The notes under the pieces: generated by a model
Seen by the model: the letters and a program-made list of their open reading frames with translations, nothing else
The model's database searches: none
Told to the model about the DNA's origin: nothing
Program-made: the position numbers and the translations under genes
Shown here: one piece after another, positions 1 to 13,159 of the stretch
Layout: every line of letters begins with the position of its first letter
How positions within the stretch are numbered: the first letter of the stretch is position 1
Assembly (NCBI GenBank): GCA_965202585.1
Contig: OZ241826.1
Location: 42,222,001 to 42,286,000, forward strand
Length of the DNA: 64,000 bases
Direction of reading: 5' to 3'
Source: Thalia democratica
Lineage: Eukaryota

Positions 1-3000
1 AAACGTTTCTTAGGCTTTCTAGTTACTGAACATTTTGTTTTTTTTAGATAAAAACAAACTAAAAATACTTTTTTAAGACCTCAAAGTTCGGCTAAATTTC
101 TTCAAAAATTTTCTAAAGAAAAGTACATTAGTGTGACGATTGGACTATAATCGATATTAAACTTTATTTAAACTAACTAAAAAACATATAAAAACGTTTC
201 TTAGGCTTTCTAGTTACTGAACATTTTGTTTTTTTTAGATAAAAACAAATTAAAAATACTTTTTTAAGACCTCAAAGTTCGGCTAAATTTCTTCAAAAAT
301 TTTCTAAAGAAAAGTACATTAGTGTGACGATTGGACTATAATCGATATTAAACTTTATTTAAACTAACTAAAAAACATATAAAAACGTTTCTTAGGCTTT
401 CTAGTTACTGAACATTTTGTTTTTTTTAGATAAAAACAAATTAAAAATACTTTTTTAAGACCTCAAAGTTCGGCTAAATTTCTTCAAAAATTTTCTAAAG
501 AAAAGTACATTAGTGTGACGATTGGACTATAATCGATATTAAACTTTATTTAAACTAACTAAAAAACATATAAAAACGTTTCTTAGGCTTTCTAGTTACT
601 GAACATTTTGTTTTTTTTAGATAAAAACAAATTAAACATACTTTTTTAAGACCTCAAAGTTCGGCTAAATTTCTTCAAAAATTTTCTAAAGAAAAGTACA
701 TTAGTGTGACGAATGGACTATAATTGATATTAAACTTTATTTAAACTAACTAAAACACATATAAAAATGTTCCTTAGGCTTTTTAGTTACTGAACATTTT
801 GTTTGTTATAGATAAAAACAAATTAAACATACTTTTTTAAGACCTCAAAGTTCGGCTAAATTTCTTCAAAAATTTTCTAAAGAAAAGTACATTAGTGTGA
901 CGATTGGACTATAATCGATATTAAACTTTATTTAAACTAACTAAAAAACATATAAAAACGTTTCTTAGGCTTTCTAGTTACTGAACATTTTGTTTTTTTT
1001 AGATAAAAACAAATTAAAAATACTTTTTTAAGACCTCAAAGTTCGGCTAAATTTCTTCAAAAATTTTCTAAAGAAAAGTACATTAGTGTGACGATTGGAC
1101 TATAATCGATATTAAACTTTATTTAAACTAACTAAAAAACATATAAAAACGTTTCTTAGGCTTTCTAGTTACTGAACATTTTGTTTGTTATAGATAAAAA
1201 CAAATTAAACATACTTTTTTAAGACCTCAAAGTTCGGCTAAATTTCTTCAAAAATTTTCTAAAGAAAAGTACATTAGTGTGACGATTGGACTATAATCGA
1301 TATTAAACTTTATTTAAACTAACTAAAAAACATATAAAAACGTTTCTTAGGCTTTCTAGTTACTGAACATTTTGTTTTTTTTAGATAAAAACAAATTAAA
1401 AATACTTTTTTAAGACCTCAAAGTTCGGCTAAATTTCTTCAAAAATTTTCTAAAGAAAAGTACATTAGTGTGACGATTGGACTATAATCGATATTAAACT
1501 TTATTTAAACTAACTAAAAAACATATAAAAACGTTTCTTAGGCTTTCTAGTTACTGAACATTTTGTTTTTTTTAGATAAAAACAAATAAAACATACTTTT
1601 TTAAGACCTCAAAGTTCGGCTAAATTTCTTCAAAAATTTTCTAAAGAAAAGTACATTAGTGTGACGAATGGACTATAATTGATATTAAACTTTATTTAAA
1701 CTAACTAAAACACATATAAAAATGTTCCTTAGGCTTTTTAGTTACTGAACATTTTGTTTGTTATAGATAAAAACAAATTAAACATACTTTTTTAAGACCT
1801 CAAAGTTCGGCTAAATTTCTTCAAAAATTTTCTAAAGAAAAGTACATTAGTGTGACGATTGGACTATAATCGATATTAAACTTTATTTAAACTAACTAAA
1901 AAACATATAAAAACGTTTCTTAGGCTTTCTAGTTACTGAACATTTTGTTTTTTTTAGATAAAAACAAACTAAAAATACTTTTTTAAGACCTCAAAGTTCG
2001 GCTAAATTTCTTCAAAAATTTTCTAAAGAAAAGTACATTAGTGTGACGATTGGACTATAATCGATATTAAACTTTATTTAAACTAACTAAAAAACATATA
2101 AAAACGTTTCTTAGGCTTTCTAGTTACTGAACATTTTGTTTTTTTTAGATAAAAACAAATTAAAAATACTTTTTTAAGACCTCAAAGTTCGGCTAAATTT
2201 CTTCAAAAATTTTCTAAAGAAAAGTACATTAGTGTGACGATTGGACTATAATCGATATTAAACTTTATTTAAACTAACTAAAAAACATATAAAAACGTTT
2301 CTTAGGCTTTCTAGTTACTGAACATTTTGTTTTTTTTAGATAAAAACAAATTAAAAATACTTTTTTAAGACCTCAAAGTTCGGCTAAATTTCTTCAAAAA
2401 TTTTCTAAAGAAAAGTACATTAGTGTGACGATTGGACTATAATCGATATTAAACTTTATTTAAACTAACTAAAAAACATATAAAAACGTTTCTTAGGCTT
2501 TCTAGTTACTGAACATTTTGTTTTTTTTAGATAAAAACAAATTAAAAATACTTTTTTAAGACCTCAAAGTTCGGCTAAATTTCTTCAAAAATTTTCTAAA
2601 GAAAAGTACATTAGTGTGACGATTGGACTATAATCGATATTAAACTTTATTTAAACTAACTAAAAAACATATAAAAACGTTTCTTAGGCTTTCTAGTTAC
2701 TGAACATTTTGTTTTTTTTAGATAAAAACAAATTAAAAATACTTTTTTAAGACCTCAAAGTTCGGCTAAATTTCTTCAAAAATTTTCTAAAGAAAAGTAC
2801 ATTAGTGTGACGATTGGACTATAATCGATATTAAACTTTATTTAAACTAACTAAAAAACATATAAAAACGTTTCTTAGGCTTTCTAGTTACTGAACATTT
2901 TGTTTTTTTTAGATAAAAACAAATTAAACATACTTTTTTAAGACCTCAAAGTTCGGCTAAATTTCTTCAAAAATTTTCTAAAGAAAAGTACATTAGTGTG

Positions 3001-6000
3001 ACGAATGGACTATAATTGATATTAAACTTTATTTAAACTAACTAAAAAACATATAAAAACGTTTCTTAGGCTTTCTAGTTACTGAACATTTTGTTTTTTT
3101 TAGATAAAAACAAACTAAAAATACTTTTTTAAGACCTCAAAGTTCGGCTAAATTTCTTCAAAAATTTTCTAAAGAAAAGTACATTAGTGTGACGATTGGA
3201 CTATAATCGATATTAAACTTTATTTAAACTAACTAAAAAACATATAAAAACGTTTCTTAGGCTTTCTAGTTACTGAACATTTTGTTTTTTTTAGATAAAA
3301 ACAAATTAAAAATACTTTTTTAAGACCTCAAAGTTCGGCTAAATTTCTTCAAAAATTTTCTAAAGAAAAGTACATTAGTGTGACGATTGGACTATAATCG
3401 ATATTAAACTTTATTTAAACTAACTAAAAAACATATAAAAACGTTTCTTAGGCTTTCTAGTTACTGAACATTTTGTTTTTTTTAGATAAAAACAAATTAA
3501 AAATACTTTTTTAAGACCTCAAAGTTCGGCTAAATTTCTTCAAAAATTTTCTAAAGAAAAGTACATTAGTGTGACGATTGGACTATAATCGATATTAAAC
3601 TTTATTTAAACTAACTAAAAAACATATAAAAACGTTTCTTAGGCTTTCTAGTTACTGAACATTTTGTTTTTTTTAGATAAAAACAAACTAAAAATACTTT
3701 TTTAAGACCTCAAAGTTCGGCTAAATTTCTTCAAAAATTTTCTAAAGAAAAGTACATTAGTGTGACGATTGGACTATAATCGATATTAAACTTTATTTAA
3801 ACTAACTAAAAAACATATAAAAACGTTTCTTAGGCTTTCTAGTTACTGAACATTTTGTTTTTTTTAGATAAAAACAAATTAAAAATACTTTTTTAAGACC
3901 TCAAAGTTCGGCTAAATTTCTTCAAAAATTTTCTAAAGAAAAGTACATTAGTGTGACGATTGGACTATAATCGATATTAAACTTTATTTAAACTAACTAA
4001 AAAACATATAAAAACGTTTCTTAGGCTTTCTAGTTACTGAACATTTTGTTTTTTTTAGATAAAAACAAATTAAAAATACTTTTTTAAGACCTCAAAGTTC
4101 GGCTAAATTTCTTCAAAAATTTTCTAAAGAAAAGTACATTAGTGTGACGATTGGACTATAATCGATATTAAACTTTATTTAAACTAACTAAAAAACATAT
4201 AAAAACGTTTCTTAGGCTTTCTAGTTACTGAACATTTTGTTTTTTTTAGATAAAAACAAATTAAACATACTTTTTTAAGACCTCAAAGTTCGGCTAAATT
4301 TCTTCAAAAATTTTCTAAAGAAAAGTACATTAGTGTGACGAATGGACTATAATTGATATTAAACTTTATTTAAACTAACTAAAACACATATAAAAATGTT
4401 CCTTAGGCTTTTTAGTTACTGAACATTTTGTTTGTTATAGATAAAAACAAATTAAACATACTTTTTTAAGACCTCAAAGTTCGGCTAAATTTCTTCAAAA
4501 ATTTTCTAAAGAAAAGTACATTAGTGTGACGATTGGACTATAATCGATATTAAACTTTATTTAAACTAACTAAAAAACATATAAAAACGTTTCTTAGGCT
4601 TTCTAGTTACTGAACATTTTGTTTTTTTTAGATAAAAACAAATTAAAAATACTTTTTTAAGACCTCAAAGTTCGGCTAAATTTCTTCAAAAATTTTCTAA
4701 AGAAAAGTACATTAGTGTGACGATTGGACTATAATCGATATTAAACTTTATTTAAACTAACTAAAAAACATATAAAAACGTTTCTTAGGCTTTCTAGTTA
4801 CTGAACATTTTGTTTGTTATAGATAAAAACAAATTAAACATACTTTTTTAAGACCTCAAAGTTCGGCTAAATTTCTTCAAAAATTTTCTAAAGAAAAGTA
4901 CATTAGTGTGACGATTGGACTATAATCGATATTAAACTTTATTTAAACTAACTAAAAAACATATAAAAACGTTTCTTAGGCTTTCTAGTTACTGAACATT
5001 TTGTTTTTTTTAGATAAAAACAAATTAAAAATACTTTTTTAAGACCTCAAAGTTCGGCTAAATTTCTTCAAAAATTTTCTAAAGAAAAGTACATTAGTGT
5101 GACGATTGGACTATAATCGATATTAAACTTTATTTAAACTAACTAAAAAACATATAAAAACGTTTCTTAGGCTTTCTAGTTACTGAACATTTTGTTTTTT
5201 TTAGATAAAAACAAATTAAACATACTTTTTTAAGACCTCAAAGTTCGGCTAAATTTCTTCAAAAATTTTCTAAAGAAAAGTACATTAGTGTGACGAATGG
5301 ACTATAATTGATATTAAACTTTATTTAAACTAACTAAAACACATATAAAAATGTTCCTTAGGCTTTTTAGTTACTGAACATTTTGTTTGTTATAGATAAA
5401 AACAAATTAAACATACTTTTTTAAGACCTCAAAGTTCGGCTAAATTTCTTCAAAAATTTTCTAAAGAAAAGTACATTAGTGTGACGATTGGACTATAATC
5501 GATATTAAACTTTATTTAAACTAACTAAAAAACATATAAAAACGTTTCTTAGGCTTTCTAGTTACTGAACATTTTGTTTTTTTTAGATAAAAACAAACTA
5601 AAAATACTTTTTTAAGACCTCAAAGTTCGGCTAAATTTCTTCAAAAATTTTCTAAAGAAAAGTACATTAGTGTGACGATTGGACTATAATCGATATTAAA
5701 CTTTATTTAAACTAACTAAAAAACATATAAAAACGTTTCTTAGGCTTTCTAGTTACTGAACATTTTGTTTTTTTTAGATAAAAACAAATTAAAAATACTT
5801 TTTTAAGACCTCAAAGTTCGGCTAAATTTCTTCAAAAATTTTCTAAAGAAAAGTACATTAGTGTGACGATTGGACTATAATCGATATTAAACTTTATTTA
5901 AACTAACTAAAAAACATATAAAAACGTTTCTTAGGCTTTCTAGTTACTGAACATTTTGTTTTTTTTAGATAAAAACAAATTAAAAATACTTTTTTAAGAC

Positions 6001-8290
6001 CTCAAAGTTCGGCTAAATTTCTTCAAAAATTTTCTAAAGAAAAGTACATTAGTGTGACGATTGGACTATAATCGATATTAAACTTTATTTAAACTAACTA
6101 AAAAACATATAAAAACGTTTCTTAGGCTTTCTAGTTACTGAACATTTTGTTTTTTTTAGATAAAAACAAATTAAAAATACTTTTTTAAGACCTCAAAGTT
6201 CGGCTAAATTTCTTCAAAAATTTTCTAAAGAAAAGTACATTAGTGTGACGATTGGACTATAATCGATATTAAACTTTATTTAAACTAACTAAAAAACATA
6301 TAAAAACGTTTCTTAGGCTTTCTAGTTACTGAACATTTTGTTTTTTTTAGATAAAAACAAATTAAAAATACTTTTTTAAGACCTCAAAGTTCGGCTAAAT
6401 TTCTTCAAAAATTTTCTAAAGAAAAGTACATTAGTGTGACGATTGGACTATAATCGATATTAAACTTTATTTAAACTAACTAAAAAACATATAAAAACGT
6501 TTCTTAGGCTTTCTAGTTACTGAACATTTTGTTTTTTTTAGATAAAAACAAATTAAACATACTTTTTTAAGACCTCAAAGTTCGGCTAAATTTCTTCAAA
6601 AATTTTCTAAAGAAAAGTACATTAGTGTGACGAATGGACTATAATTGATATTAAACTTTATTTAAACTAACTAAAACACATATAAAAATGTTCCTTAGGC
6701 TTTTTAGTTACTGAACATTTTGTTTGTTATAGATAAAAACAAATTAAACATACTTTTTTAAGACCTCAAAGTTCGGCTAAATTTCTTCAAAAATTTTCTA
6801 AAGAAAAGTACATTAGTGTGACGATTGGACTATAATCGATATTAAACTTTATTTAAACTAACTAAAAAACATATAAAAACGTTTCTTAGGCTTTCTAGTT
6901 ACTGAACATTTTGTTTTTTTTAGATAAAAACAAATTAAAAATACTTTTTTAAGACCTCAAAGTTCGGCTAAATTTCTTCAAAAATTTTCTAAAGAAAAGT
7001 ACATTAGTGTGACGATTGGACTATAATCGATATTAAACTTTATTTAAACTAACTAAAAAACATATAAAAACGTTTCTTAGGCTTTCTAGTTACTGAACAT
7101 TTTGTTTTTTTTAGATAAAAACAAATTAAACATACTTTTTTAAGACCTCAAAGTTCGGCTAAATTTCTTCAAAAATTTTCTAAAGAAAAGTACATTAGTG
7201 TGACGAATGGACTATAATTGATATTAAACTTTATTTAAACTAACTAAAACACATATAAAAATGTTCCTTAGGCTTTTTAGTTACTGAACATTTTGTTTGT
7301 TATAGATAAAAACAAATTAAACATACTTTTTTAAGACCTCAAAGTTCGGCTAAATTTCTTCAAAAATTTTCTAAAGAAAAGTACATTAGTGTGACGATTG
7401 GACTATAATCGATATTAAACTTTATTTAAACTAACTAAAAAACATATAAAAACGTTTCTTAGGCTTTCTAGTTACTGAACATTTTGTTTTTTTTAGATAA
7501 AAACAAATTAAAAATACTTTTTTAAGACCTCAAAGTTCGGCTAAATTTCTTCAAAAATTTTCTAAAGAAAAGTACATTAGTGTGACGATTGGACTATAAT
7601 CGATATTAAACTTTATTTAAACTAACTAAAAAACATATAAAAACGTTTCTTAGGCTTTCTAGTTACTGAACATTTTGTTTTTTTTAGATAAAAACAAATT
7701 AAAAATACTTTTTTAAGACCTCAAAGTTCGGCTAAATTTCTTCAAAAATTTTCTAAAGAAAAGTACATTAGTGTGACGATTGGACTATAATCGATATTAA
7801 ACTTTATTTAAACTAACTAAAAAACATATAAAAACGTTTCTTAGGCTTTCTAGTTACTGAACATTTTGTTTTTTTTAGATAAAAACAAATTAAACATACT
7901 TTTTTAAGACCTCAAAGTTCGGCTAAATTTCTTCAAAAATTTTCTAAAGAAAAGTACATTAGTGTGACGAATGGACTATAATTGATATTAAACTTTATTT
8001 AAACTAACTAAAACACATATAAAAATGTTCCTTAGGCTTTTTAGTTACTGAACATTTTGTTTGTTATAGATAAAAACAAATTAAACATACTTTTTTAAGA
8101 CCTCAAAGTTCGGCTAAATTTCTTCAAAAATTTTCTAAAGAAAAGTACATTAGTGTGACGATTGGACTATAATCGATATTAAACTTTATTTAAACTAACT
8201 AAAAAACATATAAAAACGTTCCTTAGGCTTTCTAGTTACTGAACATTTTGTTTGTTTTAAATAAAAACAATTTAAACATACTTTTTTAAT
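1..8290 (+). repeat. 191-bp tandem satellite array, ~43 copies (open at the window's left edge)
   Basis: The marker aacgtttc recurs at a fixed 191-bp period (c at 4, 195, 386, 577). Monomers differ only at a few diagnostic sites. The array degenerates at ~8290. No unique spacers. Confidence 0.98.
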
Positions 8291-8360
8291 ATCAAAGTTT
8301 GATAACAATTTTTTAAGCATTTTTTCTTATCCAAAAGATATACAACTATGACGTACATTG

Positions 8361-9251
8361 TTAAGATAAATTTTTATTCAATAAGTCAAACAATAATACA
8401 CATACATTCAAAGTAAACACAAAAATAGAAAATAAATGTATTTTTAATCTTGGCATATCATATTTTTTTTCGACATTAAATTCTAAACCAAATGAGTTAG
8501 ACTTAGTTTCTGAGGCTTTTTTTTCAACAACTTTAACAAATGCAGATGGCTTATCTACAACTTTACAACATTTAGTGCTTACAATATTAGAACTTTTATG
8601 TACAACTAACTTACTATTACCATTAGAATAAAAACTTGCATTATCAACGAACTCATCATCAGAGCTATCTAAATTAGGCCTTTTAACTTTTGAACATAAA
8701 CTGTTGTTATCAACAAATTTTCTTTTTCTACTAATATTACTTTCATCTTTACTTTTTACAATATGAGAGGCTGAGCTAGATGGTATATTAGCTCCTGTAA
8801 ACATTTAAAACTAAGAACAACTACAACTATGAAAAAAGCAAAATAAACTTATCTTCACAAAACAAAAACTTTGAAACAAAAGTATTATAAAACGACAAAA
8901 AATGGTACTAAAAATATTTTAATTTAACAAATACTGTTAAAAACAAAAACTGTACTATATAAATTAAAAAAACCATTAAAAATAGAAATAAAGAAGTAAA
9001 AAACCTTTTAAAACCGTCTCATACATCTCTTGAATGCCATTACTGTTATTTAGCCAAGCTCTTCTAACCATCTGTATATCTTTAAACTGTACATTTGCTG
9101 CCTTACAGTTTTTGTATTTCTCGACTACCTTCTTACAGGCTTCCCTCTGATTAGTTGCAAAAATAACTTTGAAATTAATACTATGCATAATATTTACAAG
9201 CTTTTTTGTGTCTTTAAAAAGACATAAAGCAGTTTTTCGTTTCACCATCAT
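8361..9251 (-). CDS. Putative two-exon orphan gene between the inverted satellite arms (exons 9251-9005 and 8794-8361; ~226 aa, 3' end uncertain)
   Basis: ORFs 8976-9251 and 8361-8804 join in frame (phase 1) via donor AAAG|GTTTTT (9005/9004) and acceptor TTTACAG|GA (8795/8794) across a 210-bp very T-rich intron. The product has basic RKRK/KRP and acidic DSSDDE patches. No family recognised. Confidence 0.4.
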
Positions 9252-9379
9252 GAAAGTTTCAATAGTTCACTAGAAGTTTCAGTGTATACTAAACTTTATC
9301 TTTAGCCTAGACAAAACCGCGCGAAAAGGTGTAGTGTTTCTAAATTTATATCTTAAATTGAAGTTTCAGGAACAGAAAT

Positions 9380-10328
9380 TACTTTTCTTTAGAAAATTTT
9401 TGAAGAAATTTAGCCGAACTTTGAGGTCTTAAAAAAGTATGTTTAATTTGTTTTTATCTAAAACAAACAAAATGTTCAGTAACTAAAAAGCCTAAGGAAC
9501 GTTTTTATATGTGTTTTAGTTAGTTTAAATAAAGTTTAATATCAATTATAGTCCAATCGTCACACTAATGTACTTTTCTTTAGAAAATTTTTGAAGAAAT
9601 TTAGCCGAACTTTGAGGTCTTAAAAAAGTATGTTTAATTTGTTTTTATCTGAAACAAACAAAATGTTCAGTAACTAGAAAGCCTAAGGAACGTTTTTATA
9701 TGTTTTTTAGCTAGTTTAAATAAAGTTTAATATCAATTATAGTCCAATCGTCACACTAATGTACTTTTCTTTAGAAAATTTTCGAAGAAATTTAGCCGAA
9801 CTTTAAGGTCTTAAAAAAGTATGTTTAATTTGTTTTTATCTGAAACAAACAAAATGTTCAGTAACTAGAAAGCCTAAGGAACGTTTTTATATGTTTTTTA
9901 GCTAGTTTAAATAAAGTTTAATATCAATTATAGTCCAATCGTCACACTAATGTACTTTTCTTTAGAAAATTTTTGAAGAAATTTAGCCGAACTTTGAGGT
10001 CTTAAAAAAGTATGTTTAATTTGTTTTTATCTAAAACAAACAAAATGTTCAGTAACTAGAAAGTCTAAGGAACGTTTTTATATGTTTTTTAGCTAGTTTA
10101 AATAAAGTTTAATATAAATTATAGTCCAATCGTCACACTAATGTACTTTTCTTTAGAAAATTTTTGAAGAAATTTAGCCGAACTTTGAGGTCTTAAAAAA
10201 GTATGTTTAATTTGTTTTTATCTGAAACAAACAAAATGTTCAGTAACTACAAAGTCTAAGGAACGTTTTTATATGTTTTTTAGCTAGTTTAAATAAAGTT
10301 TAATATCAATTATAGTCCAATCGTCACA
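9380..10328 (-). repeat. ~5 inverted copies of the same 191-bp satellite monomer
   Basis: Reverse complement of the left-array monomer. tacttttc recurs at 9380, 9571, 9762, 9953 and 10144 (period 191). Ends at ...tcgtcaca (10328). Confidence 0.97.
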
Positions 10329-10520
10329 TGCGTGTACTAGAAAGTAATTTGCAAAATATTAGCCTATTTTAGTAGCATAATTACTCATGCGGAACATTAG
10401 ATGTTCGATTTTGCATAATCTTAGCCTAGAAATCTTAGCCCAAACAGATCGCAATCAATATTGACCATGTAAGCATAGTCTACAAGTTTTATATTTCATT
10501 GCATTTTTTAGGTTTACTCA

Positions 10521-11319
10521 TGTAGAGAGGCAACAAGAACAATGTGAATGCACATCAGGGTTTCCCAAAGTGGGCCATGACAGATATTCAGCAAGCCATG
10601 AGCAGCAGAGGGGCCAAAGGGGGGACATATGCAGTTAAGGAGGCCACAGGGGTCATGAGGTCATAATTTGAAACTTACAAAAGATATTCTGGAGTTGTTG
10701 ATGAAGAGCAAAACAAAAAGGTCTTAGGTGTTTTAAATGGTAGTTTTAAAATTTACACTAGATATTCTGGAGTTGTTGTTAGAAAGGAAAAAAAAAAAGT
10801 ATTTAGGTGCTTTTAATAGTATTTTTTTGAGTAATCTTGTTGAAGAGGGCTAAAGCTTTTTTAATTTCTTTAAAGTTGGCCATTTGAAAATTGATTGGGA
10901 AACCCTGACGTACATGATCATAAAAGTCAAAATCTTTGGGAGGAGGCGGTGTGGTGCCCATAGTAGACTATGTTTTCATAGTTAATATTGGCAGTAATTG
11001 GTTTAAAAAAAGTACATACCATTTTTTTTTGTAGAATTAATATTTTTTGTTTAATTAAAGTAATAAAAAACAAAATTCATTTATATTAATGTTAAAGTTA
11101 AATTTTATTTAAGTTCAAATAAAAACTTACTAAAGTTATTTACAAAATATATGGTGTAGGGATCAATGATCAAAATGTCTTTCTTCACACCATTCATCCA
11201 TTGACCGAAGTTGTTCACATTTTTCTTTCTTTCTACCATTTGCTCCATTTTGTCCCCTCCCTTATATTTAGATTTTAGTGATCATTTACATTCACATTTT
11301 TCTTGTTGCCCTTTCTACA
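10521..11319. mobile_element. Older inverted-repeat element interrupted by the hAT MITE
   Basis: The left arm tgtagagaggcaacaagaacaatgtgaatgcacat[MITE]gatcataaaagtc...gggagg matches the reverse complement of 11254-11319 once the MITE is removed. Confidence 0.5.
10556..10907 (+). mobile_element. hAT-type MITE (non-autonomous), copy 1
   Basis: 13-bp perfect TIR cagggtttcccaa...ttgggaaaccctg. Flanking 8-mers atgcacat/acgtacat (6/8) fit a decayed 8-bp TSD. Internal sequence is homologous to the copy at 21866-22098. Confidence 0.75.
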
Positions 11320-13159
11320 AGAGCTACCACAAAAAAAAGGCTTTAAATGTTAAAGTAGTCAGATTCTTGTGAAAAAAACGCAACAACAACAAAAAGAATT
11401 AAATTCATAAATTAAAACTTATTTCTTACAGTAATAACTGCAGTGTCAAGTAGGGGTTAGCAATATTTTGAACGAACTTGCTTATAAAATCTTATCTTTG
11501 ACCAGAAAAATCAAGTAAAAAGTATTTTGTGGTATACATATTTATTTTCAAGGGTTTACTGAATAAGTTAAAAAACAAATATTTAAAAGTGTGAATGTTA
11601 GAAAAATACAAGTTTTTGTTCAGCCTGTGAGATAATGATACTAATGCAATATGTACAACAGGTAGAAAAGTTATCTATAAAAACACCAATATCTTTAGAT
11701 CCTTCAGTTTGTCACAACATATAGTTATATCTTTAAAGTTTTATGTGCACATTCATAAATTTTTTAAAAATAATATTCTGAAGTTTTTGATCATCAAATT
11801 TACTTATATCCTAAACTGACTTCCAATAACAAAATTTCTAGTTAGTTTTTCACATAAAATTATACACAAAACAGGTTTTTGTAAAGATAATTTTTATTTA
11901 TTTGTTGGTTATTTATATTCAGTTTTCACACTCAAAACTAGAATACACTACACATAATCAATCAACTACTAAAAGAAAAATCAATAGAATATTTACAATG
12001 AGGTAAAAACTATCACCAATTAAGTAGTCTTACTACTGGGTTGGTACGCAAAAAGCCAAATCAGAATAAATCAGAGAAATAAAATAAATATTTTTTTAAA
12101 CAATATTAGAAAAAAGTAAGTTTTTCTTAGTTCAAATGCTTAAAAATTTGTGAATTAATAAAAAAAAAATCAGTGTGTCTTTAAATGGATCATTTAAAAT
12201 GTATATATTTTTTCAAATATAATTTTATATTTAGCCAAGTACTATGTGAGCCAGCTTTCTGAAAGTATGTTAAATATGTTTGTATTTTTTACATGACAGT
12301 TCAAGTTTTAAAAACTCAAATAATTATGGTATTTCTAATAGTATATCAAAAAAAAGTCTTAAAATGAAAATAGTAAAAATACCACTAATATTAAAGTGTT
12401 TTTGTCTCACTCAAAAATCTACTACACACAGAAAGTTTCTTAAACATTGTAAATTACATATTTTTTATTTCAAATTTTTATATTTGAAATCTGTTATTTG
12501 TGATTTGTTATTTCAAATTTTTATATTTATCCACTCACCATAAAAAGTACATTGGGCAGCTAACAGATCATTCACGACTTAATAAATCTTACAATCTTTG
12601 ATGAAAAGTTCAACACCACTGACTGATAACTATCTGCAGGATTTCCAAGCACTAACTAAAATACTCAGACAACTTAGGTCAACTCAGGCTAGTTTGATCT
12701 TTTTAGAAAAACTCAGGCTGACTTTGGCTAGCTTGATTTAACTAATGCTAGTTTTTTTTTTGTCTCATAGATTGGCAACCCTGTATTTAAAATCTTATCA
12801 CAAAATCATACATCAAAGTCTACAAAAAAAAGTCACATATTAGTCAGAACAAGATTTCAAAAACACAAATTACATCACACAGAACCTCTACAACCCTAAA
12901 GAGCTCATTAATTTGCAATAAGTTTGCATTTAGGCTGATTACATTCATATAAACAAGACTAGTATATTCTTTACAGAATTTCACACTCTTTTAGTTTAAG
13001 TAATGTTTATAAGTTATGTTGGAAATACAAAATTTATCAATTTTTAAAAACAATCATAGTTTTGTTTCTATAAAGAATAAAATGAATCATACAGTAATAC
13101 TTGAAACTACATTTTTTAAATGACTTAAATTAAAATTTTTCTCATTATGACATACGCAA

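Noticed and set aside
1-8290. CRISPR array interpretation of the tandem repeats
   Set aside because: Contiguous 191-bp monomers with no unique spacers, no cas genes, eukaryotic context.
12637-12784. Possible MITE (caggatttccaa...ttggcaaccctg) with a related fragment at ~13615
   Set aside because: The TIR match is weak and there is no TSD. Probably an old repeat fragment, but not supportable as a defined element.
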